64,000 bases of DNA from Planctomycetota bacterium (GCA_038227875.1 JBBRPR010000015.1:1-64000); one strand, 5' to 3'; shown: positions 51,809 to 61,454, numbered from the stretch's first letter. Translations and numbers: made by a program. The notes: generated from the letters alone by a model not told the origin.

Positions 51809-52034
51809 CAGAAGTTAAATCCGCCTCGTAAACCCCTGCATTCTCGAAGCCATGTCCAGAATTGCAAGTGGGCACCGAAGGCGAACATCCTGCTCGTATA
51901 TCCGTGCCCTCTCGTCCCGGCACGTTCAACGCACATGTGGGCCGGGGATGCAAGAATGAGGGAATCGATTAGGCTTCGGAGTGCCCTAAAGCATGCTCTG
52001 TTCTTCGACTTCGGCACTCTACGCGGGGAAATAC

Positions 52035-53513
52035 ATGGCTCGATTCGATCTCCGGACCGCCTTCAAATTCAGCGTGATCGCCATTTTTGCATGTTTTACC
52101 TGTTGGACGCGCGCCGAAGACGCGGCGGTGGCGCCGCGGATCGTCGATGGCACGCCGCAGCCGGTTTCCGCGTTTCCGGCGGTGGGCGTGATTGAAGATG
52201 ACACGCATTCGTTCACCTGCACCGGCACGCTGATCGATCCGACTCACGTGCTCACGGCCGGACACTGCGCCACCGATGAAGCGACCGGCAAGCCTGTCGC
52301 CGATGGGGCGGGGCGCTTTACGATTGGCGGCACCACGTACAAGACCGCTCGCATTTTCGTTCATCCCAGCTACAGCGGCGCGGTGGTCGGCTCGGACAAT
52401 GTTTTCGACGTCGCCGTTTTTCAGCTCGAACGCGCTGTGCCCAACGTGACGCCTGTGCCGATCAACCGGACTCCGCCCACGGTTGGACAGACCGTGACGC
52501 TGGTCGGCTTTGGCCTCGTCGGCTCGGGCAAATCCGGCACGCTGAAAAAAGTGCCGCCGCCCGGCATCGTCTACAAGGGCACCAATACGATTCAGACCAT
52601 CACCAACAGCGAACTGATCTGGACCTTCACGCAAGGCACCAGCAGCAATGCGCCGGGCGATTCGGGCGGGCCGGCGTTCGTCGATGTCAACGGCACGATG
52701 GCGATCGCCGGCATTACGTCCCTGGGCGAAACGATCGGCGGAAACAAGATCCGCTTTGGCGCGAAGAACTTCGACACGCGCATCGACACGCTGGCGCCGT
52801 GGATCGACCGCATCCTCACCGGCACCTCGCTGGACGTGCCGCCGACGTTCGTTTCGCCGATCACGATTAATCCCAATCCGGCGACCGTGGGTGATTCCGT
52901 CCAATTCACCGCTGCCGCGACGGATCCGGACGACGCGAGCATTTTCTACCTCTGGAATTTTGGCGACGGCACCGCCTCGACCGGATCGACGGTGGCTCAT
53001 AACTACGTCTTTCCCGGCACGTACGCGGTCTCGGTCACGGCCAGCGATATTGTGACGGGCGTGACCTCCAATGCCAACGTGGTGGTGTTGCCGCAGAGCA
53101 CCGGCACGATCAGCGTCGACAAATTGCAGATCGGCGTCTCGTTCTCCGCCTCGAACAAGGATTCGGTCTCGCTGCAGGCGACGTTGCAGCCGCTTTCGAG
53201 CCTCACGGCGCTGCCGGCGGTCGGCGTGTTAAGCATCGGTGGCGCACAGATTCAATTCATGCTCGACCAGCGCGGGCAGGCCAAAATTCCCCTGGGCATC
53301 TTGAAGTTCAATTTGCTGAAGGGCACGTTCACCGCAAACCTGCGCAACACAAATCTATCGAGTCAGCTCGGCAGCACGGGCATCATCAACACCACCGTGA
53401 CTAATGCCAAAGTGACCGTGCCCATCGGATTGATTTTGAATGGCGTGGCATTTCAGGCGGACAAGTCGCTGCTCTATTCCGCCAAGGCCGACAAGAGCGG
53501 CAAAGCGAAGTGA
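52035..53513 (+). CDS. Secreted trypsin-like (S1) serine protease + PKD + unnamed C-terminal domain
   Basis: Signal peptide, RIVDG activation motif, CTGTLI, VLTAGHC, DVAV, GDSGGP; YLWNFGDG PKD. Confidence 0.9.
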   Translation: MARFDLRTAFKFSVIAIFACFTCWTRAEDAAVAPRIVDGTPQPVSAFPAVGVIEDDTHSFTCTGTLIDPTHVLTAGHCATDEATGKPVADGAGRFTIGGTTYKTARIFVHPSYSGAVVGSDNVFDVAVFQLERAVPNVTPVPINRTPPTVGQTVTLVGFGLVGSGKSGTLKKVPPPGIVYKGTNTIQTITNSELIWTFTQGTSSNAPGDSGGPAFVDVNGTMAIAGITSLGETIGGNKIRFGAKNFDTRIDTLAPWIDRILTGTSLDVPPTFVSPITINPNPATVGDSVQFTAAATDPDDASIFYLWNFGDGTASTGSTVAHNYVFPGTYAVSVTASDIVTGVTSNANVVVLPQSTGTISVDKLQIGVSFSASNKDSVSLQATLQPLSSLTALPAVGVLSIGGAQIQFMLDQRGQAKIPLGILKFNLLKGTFTANLRNTNLSSQLGSTGIINTTVTNAKVTVPIGLILNGVAFQADKSLLYSAKADKSGKAK

Positions 53514-53586
53514 TTGCGGATTGCGGATTGCGGATTGCGGATTGCGGATTGCGGATTGCGGATTGCGGATTGCGGATTGCGGATTG
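53512..53586 (+). repeat. Perfect heptamer tandem repeat (GATTGCG)x10 + partial
   Basis: Counted directly; first unit overlaps the TGA stop of the protease. Confidence 0.95.
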
Positions 53587-53698
53587 GATGTCGATGCGCC
53601 GCGGATCGAAAGCGCGCGCTGTGAGGCGCGAGATTCACGCGCAAGCGGATTGATTATTATAATTGAGAAGGTGCTCAGCCCGAATGCGGTGCGCTGAG

Positions 53699-53730
53699 CA
53701 GGGAGCAAGCAAACGGCCACTTGCTCCCTG
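53699..53730. repeat. GGAGCAAG...CTTGCTCC hairpin (REP-like; possible terminator between convergent genes)
   Basis: CAGGGAGCAAG-CAAACGGCCA-CTTGCTCCCTG; same stem as the elements at 61308-61446. Confidence 0.65.
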
Positions 53731-53751
53731 ACACACGTTCGGGTCTGTGCG

Positions 53752-55524
53752 TCAGTTGGCGCTTCCGGAAATTCCCTTCCGTACGGTGTAGTTCACGGTG
53801 CGTGTGGTCTGGTAGGTCGTGGCGTTGACGATCAGGGTGATCATCATCCCCAGTTGCTGATTCTTTACCGTCGCGTCGCTCGTGAATCCCGACGACGCCA
53901 GAGTGGCGGCTAAGTCAGCTTTGTTCAACTTTAGTGTGAAAGCGGTCGAACCGGCGTGCGGTTTGGCGACGGTAAGTTCGCGGCTGCGGCCCCGGGCGTC
54001 CAGCTGGATCGCCAGCGAAATGCCGCTGGCATTCACGATCACCGAGGTGCTCCGCAAGGGTGTTTCATTCGGCAATGTGCCGCGGAGCAGGAATTGATCG
54101 TGCTGCGCGCGCTGGAAGTCGAGCTTTAACTTCAACGCTTTAATTTTCAGCGGCTGGATCAGCGGCGGCGGCGGAAACGGATCGACCGAACTTCCCGTCC
54201 CCACGACCACGGAGACCCATGCGGTGGTGACCTTTCCGCGTTCGTCACTCACGACCAGCAGCACCGCGTACGTCCCGTCCGCTGCGAAGGCATGCGTGAC
54301 GGAACTTCCCGGCGCGGTCGTGCCGTCGCCGAAATTCCACAGATAGCTGATCGTGTCGCCTTCGGCGTCGAACGCCGCAGCTGTAAACACGACATCCTGC
54401 AACACGGCCGCGTTGGACGGCGTCGCCAGCGGCGCGGAAATCAGCGTGGGCGCGCTGTTCGCACCGGTGTACCAGAAGCGCAGGACCTTCGCGGCGAGTT
54501 TTCCGCGCGCGGTATAGTCTCGATCGTCGGAAGCCGGAACGGGCGCTTTCCAGCCCCACCAGAACATGCCTTTCAGCCACGGTTCCTGCGCGAAAACTTC
54601 GAACGCGGCTTCGTAGCAATTGGCCTGCTCCTGCTGATCGGGCACCGCCGTCGCCACGTTCACGTAATAGGGCGTGATGTTCGTCCCCTGCGCGCTCTGG
54701 TAGCCGATCTCGGTGAACATCACGGGCTGGTTGAGCGAGGCCTGCCAGGTCCGGTACGCGAGCACCATGTCCTGCCCGAAGAAATCGTGGCGCCACGCGG
54801 CGGTCAGTTCGGACACGGTCGGATCGTTTTTCGATGTCAGCGGGCAGTAGACGTCGAGGCCCGCGATGTCCAGCAGTGGCCAGAACGAACACGTCAGGTA
54901 CTCATCGCCGATTTGAAACGCATTCGCCGCGTAGGTCAGCGGACCGGTATAGACGGCACGGATGTTCTGAATAATGGTCGCCCAGCGTGCCGCGTTGGCT
55001 GAAGGGGTCATTGTTTTCAACTCGCAGCCAATGCAGAACAGGTCCACGTGCTGCGCCTGCGCCAGCGCCGCGAAATGCATGATGAACGTGTTGTAGCTGG
55101 CAAACCAGGCGTCGATATCCGCGGGCGCAATCGTGCCGCGAAAAGTTCCATCGTAGATGTCCACCTGCGGTTTGAGCATCACGCGCAGACCGCGGGCGTG
55201 CATGTCCGAAATGGCCTGCACCAACGCGGCGTCCGTGGGCGTGACGCCCGTGTCCACATGGATCGTCGAAGCCGTCTTCGAATCCATGAACCATGTCGAC
55301 AGCAGCGACGCCCAGTTCGCTCCGGTGGCGCGCAGATCGGTCAGCGAAGCTCCGGAATCCGGCAGTTGGTACTCGCTGGTCTGATACGAAATGTAGGCCA
55401 CGCCGCGGTACGTGAATGCCGTCGCGTCGGTCGCTGCGAAAATTGAACGCGACCCCGCCGCAAGACACGCGATGCCCGCTGCAATCAAAATCAGATTTTG
55501 CCATCGCAATCGCACGCCACTCAC
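53752..55524 (-). CDS. Secreted GH113-like glycoside hydrolase + PKD + unnamed C-terminal domain
   Basis: GLRVMLKPQV, FCIGCEL, YTGPLTYAAN, GLDVYCPL, PVMFTEIGY, GMFWWGW; YLWNFGDG PKD. Confidence 0.85.
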   Translation of the reverse strand: MSGVRLRWQNLILIAAGIACLAAGSRSIFAATDATAFTYRGVAYISYQTSEYQLPDSGASLTDLRATGANWASLLSTWFMDSKTASTIHVDTGVTPTDAALVQAISDMHARGLRVMLKPQVDIYDGTFRGTIAPADIDAWFASYNTFIMHFAALAQAQHVDLFCIGCELKTMTPSANAARWATIIQNIRAVYTGPLTYAANAFQIGDEYLTCSFWPLLDIAGLDVYCPLTSKNDPTVSELTAAWRHDFFGQDMVLAYRTWQASLNQPVMFTEIGYQSAQGTNITPYYVNVATAVPDQQEQANCYEAAFEVFAQEPWLKGMFWWGWKAPVPASDDRDYTARGKLAAKVLRFWYTGANSAPTLISAPLATPSNAAVLQDVVFTAAAFDAEGDTISYLWNFGDGTTAPGSSVTHAFAADGTYAVLLVVSDERGKVTTAWVSVVVGTGSSVDPFPPPPLIQPLKIKALKLKLDFQRAQHDQFLLRGTLPNETPLRSTSVIVNASGISLAIQLDARGRSRELTVAKPHAGSTAFTLKLNKADLAATLASSGFTSDATVKNQQLGMMITLIVNATTYQTTRTVNYTVRKGISGSAN

Positions 55525-55788
55525 CTCGACACATCTCTTAAACTCAAGATGTACTAATTGTTGTGGTTTCTTCAGCGCACTTCAAGTTTTAGTGTGGAAT
55601 TCGGGTGAAATAGGTTAACGCGCGCCGTCGAAACCCGCTCAAAAATATTTTGTCGATTTCCTTGGTGAAACCGCGACCGTGCGGGTGTGGAGGGTTGAAG
55701 TGCAGCGTGCGGAGCGGAACGGATGCATTCAGTTGTCAATAGTGTAGACTGCCAGCACACACGCACCGCACCTTCGGGGCAGGGCCTG

Positions 55789-57183
55789 ATGACGAGCGAA
55801 CGCGATGACGCTGCCTTGCTACTGGCGATCTCAAAAAATCGCGACCGTGAGGCCTTCGCCGAACTCTATCGTCGGCACGCCCAAGCCGGTTTGAATCTCG
55901 CACTCTACATCACCAACAACCGGGAATCGGCCGAAGAGGCACTTCAAGAGGCGTTGCTGCGCGTCTGGCGCTCGGCGACCCCGGTGACCGGCAACGGACG
56001 CGCGTGGGTACTCCGCATCGTGGTGCACGAGGCACTCCGCGCCATTCGCAAGAATCGCAAAGGAAAAGCAGTGCAGGCAACCTATGCAGAACCGGCCGCG
56101 CCGCGTGTGGATGCGCAGATCGAGCACAGTGAATTGCTCGCTGGCCTCAACTCCGTGCTGGAGAAGCTGCCGCAACTGGAACGCAAACTGGTGGTGATGA
56201 GTTTCGCGGGAGGATTGTCGCAGGACGAGATCGCCGATTCGCTTTCCATGCCGCAGCAGACGGTCTCCTACAAGCTGGCGGAAGCGCTCAAGCAACTCAA
56301 GCGGTCGCTGACGGAGCTGGGTTTTGCGGCGGCATTGCCGCTGGTCTCCGCAGAGGGCATCGTCGAAGCGTTGTCGGCCAAACCGGCGGCTGCTCCGCCC
56401 TTGAATCTGGCACTGCTTGATCGCATTCAATCCGACGCCCGGAAATCGATGCGTCGCGCCACGACCAAGTCGGGAAAATCCGCAATCGTCTGGAGCACGG
56501 GCGTGTTCGCCGTGGCCATCGCCGCGAGTGGTCTGTGGTACGCCACGGCGAAGCAACCGACCGCAACCGTTGCTCCACCGCCTGTCAGTAAAGCACCGGC
56601 CGACGACGGATGGCGAAACGTGGCCGTGTCGCCGATCGTGAAATTTCATTCCGAGATTCCCGCCAACGATATTGCGCTGAAGGCAATTCCGGATGGCGAT
56701 GGTGAGTGGAAAGTTTCACAGAATGCAGGCGGGACGCAGATTGAACAGGTCAATCCGCGCGTGACCGGCGCGCAATATATCACCGTCGGTGAATTGGTTT
56801 CGGGCGCCTGCGAATGGAGTGCGGACGTCGAAGAACCCGCCGCAGGCATCGCGGGCTACATGGCCCTACTGCCGCCCGTTGAAAACAAAATTATCGGCCT
56901 GCACCTGGCCCAGAACGGAACCGCGCCCCTGCGTATTGTTTCCTGGCCGATTCACAAAGGGGTTCGCGTGGTCTCGATCCGGAAGCTTCAAGACAAACTT
57001 TCGGTGGGCATGCAAACGCTCGTGACGCCCGACGGCACCTTCAACATTGGATTCTTCACCAGCTCGACGCTGACCATTCGGAATCTCCGCTGGAGATCGC
57101 TGCCGAAAGATTGGAAGCCCGAACTGGACCCGGAACTCAAGAAGCTCGGGCCCGCCGTATTCAAAACGGAAGCAGAGCGCTAA
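55789..57183 (+). CDS. ECF sigma-70 factor fused via TM helix to an unknown extracytoplasmic domain
   Basis: DAALL..DREAFAELYRRH, AEEALQEALLRVWR, LEKLPQLERKLVVM..GLSQDEIA; TM IVWSTGVFAVAIAASGLWYA. Confidence 0.85.
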   Translation: MTSERDDAALLLAISKNRDREAFAELYRRHAQAGLNLALYITNNRESAEEALQEALLRVWRSATPVTGNGRAWVLRIVVHEALRAIRKNRKGKAVQATYAEPAAPRVDAQIEHSELLAGLNSVLEKLPQLERKLVVMSFAGGLSQDEIADSLSMPQQTVSYKLAEALKQLKRSLTELGFAAALPLVSAEGIVEALSAKPAAAPPLNLALLDRIQSDARKSMRRATTKSGKSAIVWSTGVFAVAIAASGLWYATAKQPTATVAPPPVSKAPADDGWRNVAVSPIVKFHSEIPANDIALKAIPDGDGEWKVSQNAGGTQIEQVNPRVTGAQYITVGELVSGACEWSADVEEPAAGIAGYMALLPPVENKIIGLHLAQNGTAPLRIVSWPIHKGVRVVSIRKLQDKLSVGMQTLVTPDGTFNIGFFTSSTLTIRNLRWRSLPKDWKPELDPELKKLGPAVFKTEAER

Positions 57184-57294
57184 CCAGCAGATTTAAAGCT
57201 TTCAAACAGCAGCAGGCGATCCCGCAGAGCCGGGCGCGCAGGGTGGCGTGTTGCCCAACGACAATCGATGGCGTTTTGGAATGGAGCGCACCGC

Positions 57295-57606
57295 ATGAGT
57301 AACGCCGCCTCATCACGAGCTACTTTCGACACCACCGCGCGGCAATCCGCGCCGTGGAGCGTGGACCGCTGGGGCCGCTTGCTCTCCGGGACGTTGATCC
57401 TGACGTTCACGCTGCTGGGACTGTTCCATCATCCCGTCTGGCTCTACGTCACCGCCTGCGTTTCGGCCAGCCTGATCATGACGTCACTGACCGACCGCTG
57501 CCTGGTGCGGCGAGCGCTGCTGGCTCTGGGCGCCAAAGAACGTGAAGACTTGTTTCTCCCCGGTGGAGTGGTCCGCGGATCGAATGTGAAAGCTCTTCAG
57601 AAGTGA
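57295..57606 (+). CDS. DUF2892 (YgaP-like) small membrane protein
   Basis: SVDRWGRLLSG..two TM segments..LTDRCLV. Confidence 0.7.
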   Translation: MSNAASSRATFDTTARQSAPWSVDRWGRLLSGTLILTFTLLGLFHHPVWLYVTACVSASLIMTSLTDRCLVRRALLALGAKEREDLFLPGGVVRGSNVKALQK

Positions 57607-57634
57607 ACAGGCCACGCTGAGAAAAGGAGCGACC

Positions 57635-58339
57635 ATGCCAGAACTCAACGCTGTGGACACCGAAGTTCCGCGCCTCGACGAGAGACGCGTGCGCAGGGCG
57701 TCGAATATTTCCAGCGCACTGAGCGCCGTCGCGATGAACGACGAGCTTCAGGCAGACCTGTCGGAGATCGACGTGCGTCCGATCTGCAGTGACGCGGAAC
57801 TCGACGCCGTCTACCGCCTCACCCACGACGCCTACGTTGAACGGGGTTACTGCGCGCCGCAACCGGACGGCCGCTTGATTCACTACCCGCACCTGGACCG
57901 CATTCCTGAAACGACCATATTGGTGGCGTGTTCAGCTGGAGAGGTCATCGGAACGATTTCCTGGACCCGCGACAACGCGAACGGACTTCACGTCGATTCC
58001 GATTTCAAGACCGAGTGCGATCTCATTCGCGAGGAAGGGCGGGGCCTCGCGGCGTCGTGGCGAATCGCCACAAAGAACACCTGCCGCGCCGAGCGACGGT
58101 GTGTCATGGCCTTGATTCAGGCCGCGGTCAATCTCTGGTTCGAGTCCCGCGTGCCGACCTGCGTCTTTACCTTCAACCCGCGTCACGAACGCATTTACCA
58201 GCGCATGCTGAACATGACCACCGTCGCGCGCAGCGCCGGGACGCACGGCCTGAACGCCGCGCCGGCCGTGCTGATGCGCGCGGAGATTGAGAATCTTCCC
58301 GAGCGATTCGCGCGGGGTCTCACGTCGGTGAAGGCGTGA
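57635..58339 (+). CDS. FeeM-like N-acyl amino acid synthase / GNAT-fold acyltransferase
   Basis: DAVYRLTHDAYVERGY, IGTISWTRD..GL..D..F, FNPRHERIYQRML, APAVLM; AAGGAG RBS. Confidence 0.75.
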   Translation: MPELNAVDTEVPRLDERRVRRASNISSALSAVAMNDELQADLSEIDVRPICSDAELDAVYRLTHDAYVERGYCAPQPDGRLIHYPHLDRIPETTILVACSAGEVIGTISWTRDNANGLHVDSDFKTECDLIREEGRGLAASWRIATKNTCRAERRCVMALIQAAVNLWFESRVPTCVFTFNPRHERIYQRMLNMTTVARSAGTHGLNAAPAVLMRAEIENLPERFARGLTSVKA

Positions 58340-58351
58340 AACTTTTCGAAA

Positions 58352-61090
58352 TCAGCGGGCCATGCCGTTGCGCCCGGCTCGGGCCTTGTAGAGCAGTCCT
58401 TGAGAGGCCGAAAGTATCGAGCTGTTGAAGAGCACCTGGATCTTCAGGTTCACGGTGGTGGTCACGTCGTCGTTGACGAAACCCGCGGCGTTCAGCGATT
58501 TGACAAAATCGCCGCGGCTGAACTTCATCGTGAACTTCGCCGATTGCGCTGCGATCGAGCCTTGTTGTGCGCGCGCCTGTAACATGAATTGGCCCTTGGA
58601 GCCGATGCCCTTGCCGCGGGAGCTCAAGGTGAAGGAATCTTCCACGCCGCCGACATCCACGATCACTTTTTGACTGCCGAGTTGGATGTTGGCCGGCAGG
58701 TTAATCGTGCCCATCGCCATGATGCTGTCCGATCCACTGCGCAGGAAGTTCAGCTTGACCATCGCGCGCGTCACATTTAACGGCGTCGGTGCCGCGTTGG
58801 GATCGGTCACGGGACTGGAATTGGGATCATTCGGATTCGTTCCGGCGAGCAGTTCGATCGAATCGGAAACGCCGTCACCGTCGGAATCGTTCCCCGTGCC
58901 CAGCACCGGCGCTTTCACGGTAATGCTCGTGTTTGCACTGCTCGTGTCGCCGGCCGGATCGGAGACAGTCACTGTCGCGGTGTAGTCTCCGGCTGTGGCA
59001 TAGGAGTAGGTGACCGTCGGGCCCGAGCCGCTCCCGCCGTCTCCGAACGACCAGTCATAGGTGATCGACGGATCGCCCGTCGCCACCGCGGAGAACGTGA
59101 CCGTCTGTCCCTGGCTGGCGGGATTGGGCGTCGCGGTCGGCGGAGAAGTGAAGATCAACGTGCCCGGCCCGGCGGGAACCACCGTACCCAGGACCACGTA
59201 AGCCTGAGTCGCGTTGATCAACCCCGCGCCGGTGTAGGTGTCAGTGCCGCCCATCGGTTCACCTGGGTCCTCAGTAGGCGCCTGGGTGATGTCGGTTGCC
59301 GACGATTTAAACACGCCGAGCAATTGCGAGGGTGAGACGTGCGAGGCCTGCAGCAGCAGTGCGGCGACCGCCGCCGCGTTGGGCGCGGCGCAGGACGTGC
59401 CGGAGAAATTCGGGAAGCCGGAGTTGTCGGAATCGTTGCCGGTGCCGCCGGGGAACACCGTCGTGTCGATGTCATCGCACGCCGCGATGTCCGGCGTCTG
59501 GCGCATCACCACGCGCGGGTTGCCCTTGGTGTCGAAGTAATAGGGGACCGTACCGCCCTTGCTGGTGAAATTCTCCGGGATGGCTGGCTGTGCATAGTCG
59601 ATCGCGGCGACGCCGATGCAGGACGCTGCCGTGGGATGACCGTAGGAACTGATGGTGTTGCCGCCAACGGGATTGATCGTCGGCAGTGCTCCCGCGCCGT
59701 TGTCGTCGAAGACGATGCGCATGACGTTGCTGCCCGTTCCCGTGCTGCTGACGCGCGAGCCGGCGTGGTGATTGATCGCCAGGTACAGCGTCTTGGAATT
59801 GCTGGAGGTATTCTGGTAGTCGATCACTTCCATCGCATCGCCGGCGGGCGCGCCGACGGTGCCCTGGCGCTGTTCGCTCTTCATGATCACATTGGCGATG
59901 CTCGGGGCGCTGCAGAGATACAGATCGAGATCGCAATTCGATCCCGGTCCGAGATTGAAACTGCTCCACGGCTGATCCCATTGCAGGATCAGTGAAATCT
60001 GATCCTGGCCCGGAATGGCAATCGGTAAAAACGCACCGATGCCGTTGCCCCAGTCATGCAGACACGAACCACTTGGCGGAACGACGCCGTCGTCGCTCGT
60101 CACGCCGGGGTTGATGGGCTTGAATGTGGTCAGCACGCCCTGGTTGGCATCGTTGCCGAACGCGGAGAAGTGGGGGACACCCGCCACGCGATTGGCGGTG
60201 ATCGCCTGCGAGATGGGACCGTCCTGGAAGAAGGGTTCGTCTTCGAAGCCGATGTCATCGCAGGTGATCGTGCAGTGACCGGCGGTGCGCAGCAGGCCCA
60301 GGTTCATGCCCATCGCCGTCTGATCGTTGCCGCTCGACGCGAACGCCAGTGCCGCTCCCGGGGCGACATCGTGGATCACTTCCATCATGCCTTCGCCTTC
60401 GTCAGCTCCGCCGCCGGGTCCGAAGTCGACGACCTGAAACGAGGAGGGCAGATCGTGCGTGCCGCCGGGTCCGTTGGTCAGTTGCGGCTTGGTGCCGGTG
60501 ACGATCGCGTTGGGAGCGCTGCCGGTGACCGTGCCTTTGCCGACAGCGGTCGTATCCGTCACTGAATCGGAGACCACGCCGATGGTCTGGCCGGCGCCGG
60601 TCAGATTCTGCTGCGTGCGGAGCACATCCGACTTCATCACCGCGTCGCCTTGATTATTGGCGATGCCCTGTTGCCGCGCGCGCGGCCGGGGCTGCAGCTT
60701 GATCGACTTGATCACGCCCAGCGTGGAGAGCCCGTCGATCTGCGTCAACGTGGCGAGGACGCAGATGGTGTTCCACTGCGGAGCAGTGCTGGTGACCGTC
60801 GCGCCGGTGGCCTTGATCAGCGTCAGCAGATTTTCGGAGACTGGCGCATCGATCCGCACCGCGAACTGATTCACGTTGGCCGTGCTGCGCGAAACTGAGC
60901 GCGGGTGCGCGGCCTTGATGTCCGTGGCTGCCTGAGCATCGGTGGTGTTGTTGGCGTGCAAGGCGTCGAGCGCATCGAGCAGCCGCGCGTCGACTTTATG
61001 CGCGAGCGGGTGATCGGCCGCCAACGTCCCGGACATCGCGCAACTGAACAACAGACTTGAGATCAGAACGTTGAAAAACGTGCCTCGCAC
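58352..61090 (-). CDS. Secreted S8/S53-like serine peptidase + PKD + Ca-binding DxDxDG + unnamed C-terminal domain
   Basis: Signal peptide, propeptide; IGVVSDS, DEGEGMMEVIHDVAPGA, FSAFGN, FSGTSCAAPNAAAVAALL; WSFGDG; DSDGDGVSD. Confidence 0.88.
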   Translation of the reverse strand: MRGTFFNVLISSLLFSCAMSGTLAADHPLAHKVDARLLDALDALHANNTTDAQAATDIKAAHPRSVSRSTANVNQFAVRIDAPVSENLLTLIKATGATVTSTAPQWNTICVLATLTQIDGLSTLGVIKSIKLQPRPRARQQGIANNQGDAVMKSDVLRTQQNLTGAGQTIGVVSDSVTDTTAVGKGTVTGSAPNAIVTGTKPQLTNGPGGTHDLPSSFQVVDFGPGGGADEGEGMMEVIHDVAPGAALAFASSGNDQTAMGMNLGLLRTAGHCTITCDDIGFEDEPFFQDGPISQAITANRVAGVPHFSAFGNDANQGVLTTFKPINPGVTSDDGVVPPSGSCLHDWGNGIGAFLPIAIPGQDQISLILQWDQPWSSFNLGPGSNCDLDLYLCSAPSIANVIMKSEQRQGTVGAPAGDAMEVIDYQNTSSNSKTLYLAINHHAGSRVSSTGTGSNVMRIVFDDNGAGALPTINPVGGNTISSYGHPTAASCIGVAAIDYAQPAIPENFTSKGGTVPYYFDTKGNPRVVMRQTPDIAACDDIDTTVFPGGTGNDSDNSGFPNFSGTSCAAPNAAAVAALLLQASHVSPSQLLGVFKSSATDITQAPTEDPGEPMGGTDTYTGAGLINATQAYVVLGTVVPAGPGTLIFTSPPTATPNPASQGQTVTFSAVATGDPSITYDWSFGDGGSGSGPTVTYSYATAGDYTATVTVSDPAGDTSSANTSITVKAPVLGTGNDSDGDGVSDSIELLAGTNPNDPNSSPVTDPNAAPTPLNVTRAMVKLNFLRSGSDSIMAMGTINLPANIQLGSQKVIVDVGGVEDSFTLSSRGKGIGSKGQFMLQARAQQGSIAAQSAKFTMKFSRGDFVKSLNAAGFVNDDVTTTVNLKIQVLFNSSILSASQGLLYKARAGRNGMAR

Positions 61091-61300
61091 GAGGGACCTC
61101 CCGGATGGCGTTCATGGGCATTCAATTCACCTAGTGATGGCAATGGTATGCCAGCGTTTACCAGATTCATGGGTTTCTTAACCATATATGTGAAAATAGA
61201 CTTATGCCCTCGTGCAGAGCCGTAAAGATTGCTGGAATTGAGCGAATTGGTGTCCAAAAAGTGGCGTCGAGATGGCGCTGCGTGGCGACCAGAACGGTGG

Positions 61301-61454
61301 GTGTCACGGAGCAAGCGGCTGTATGCTTGCTCCGTGCTTAGCGCGCGTCTTTCTAAAAAGTAAGCTTAGTTCGTTACACCATTCCAACCGCTTGCGCGAA
61401 AGTCTCGAGCGTTACAGCAAGGAGCAAGCATACAGCCGCTTGCTCCTTGGCACA
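61301..61454. repeat. Inverted doublet of palindromic REPs (REPIN/MITE-like)
   Basis: GGAGCAAGCGGCTGTATGCTTGCTCC at 61308 and its exact reverse complement GGAGCAAGCATACAGCCGCTTGCTCC at 61421. Confidence 0.85.

Noticed and set aside
46682..51990. Discrete genomic island (genes look somewhat less GC-biased)
   Set aside because: No integrase, tRNA or boundary repeats are visible and the composition shift cannot be quantified by eye; only the SUFU segment is clearly foreign
57243..57258. TGGCGTGTTGC as a second sigma54 promoter
   Set aside because: GG-to-GC spacing is not the required 10 nt
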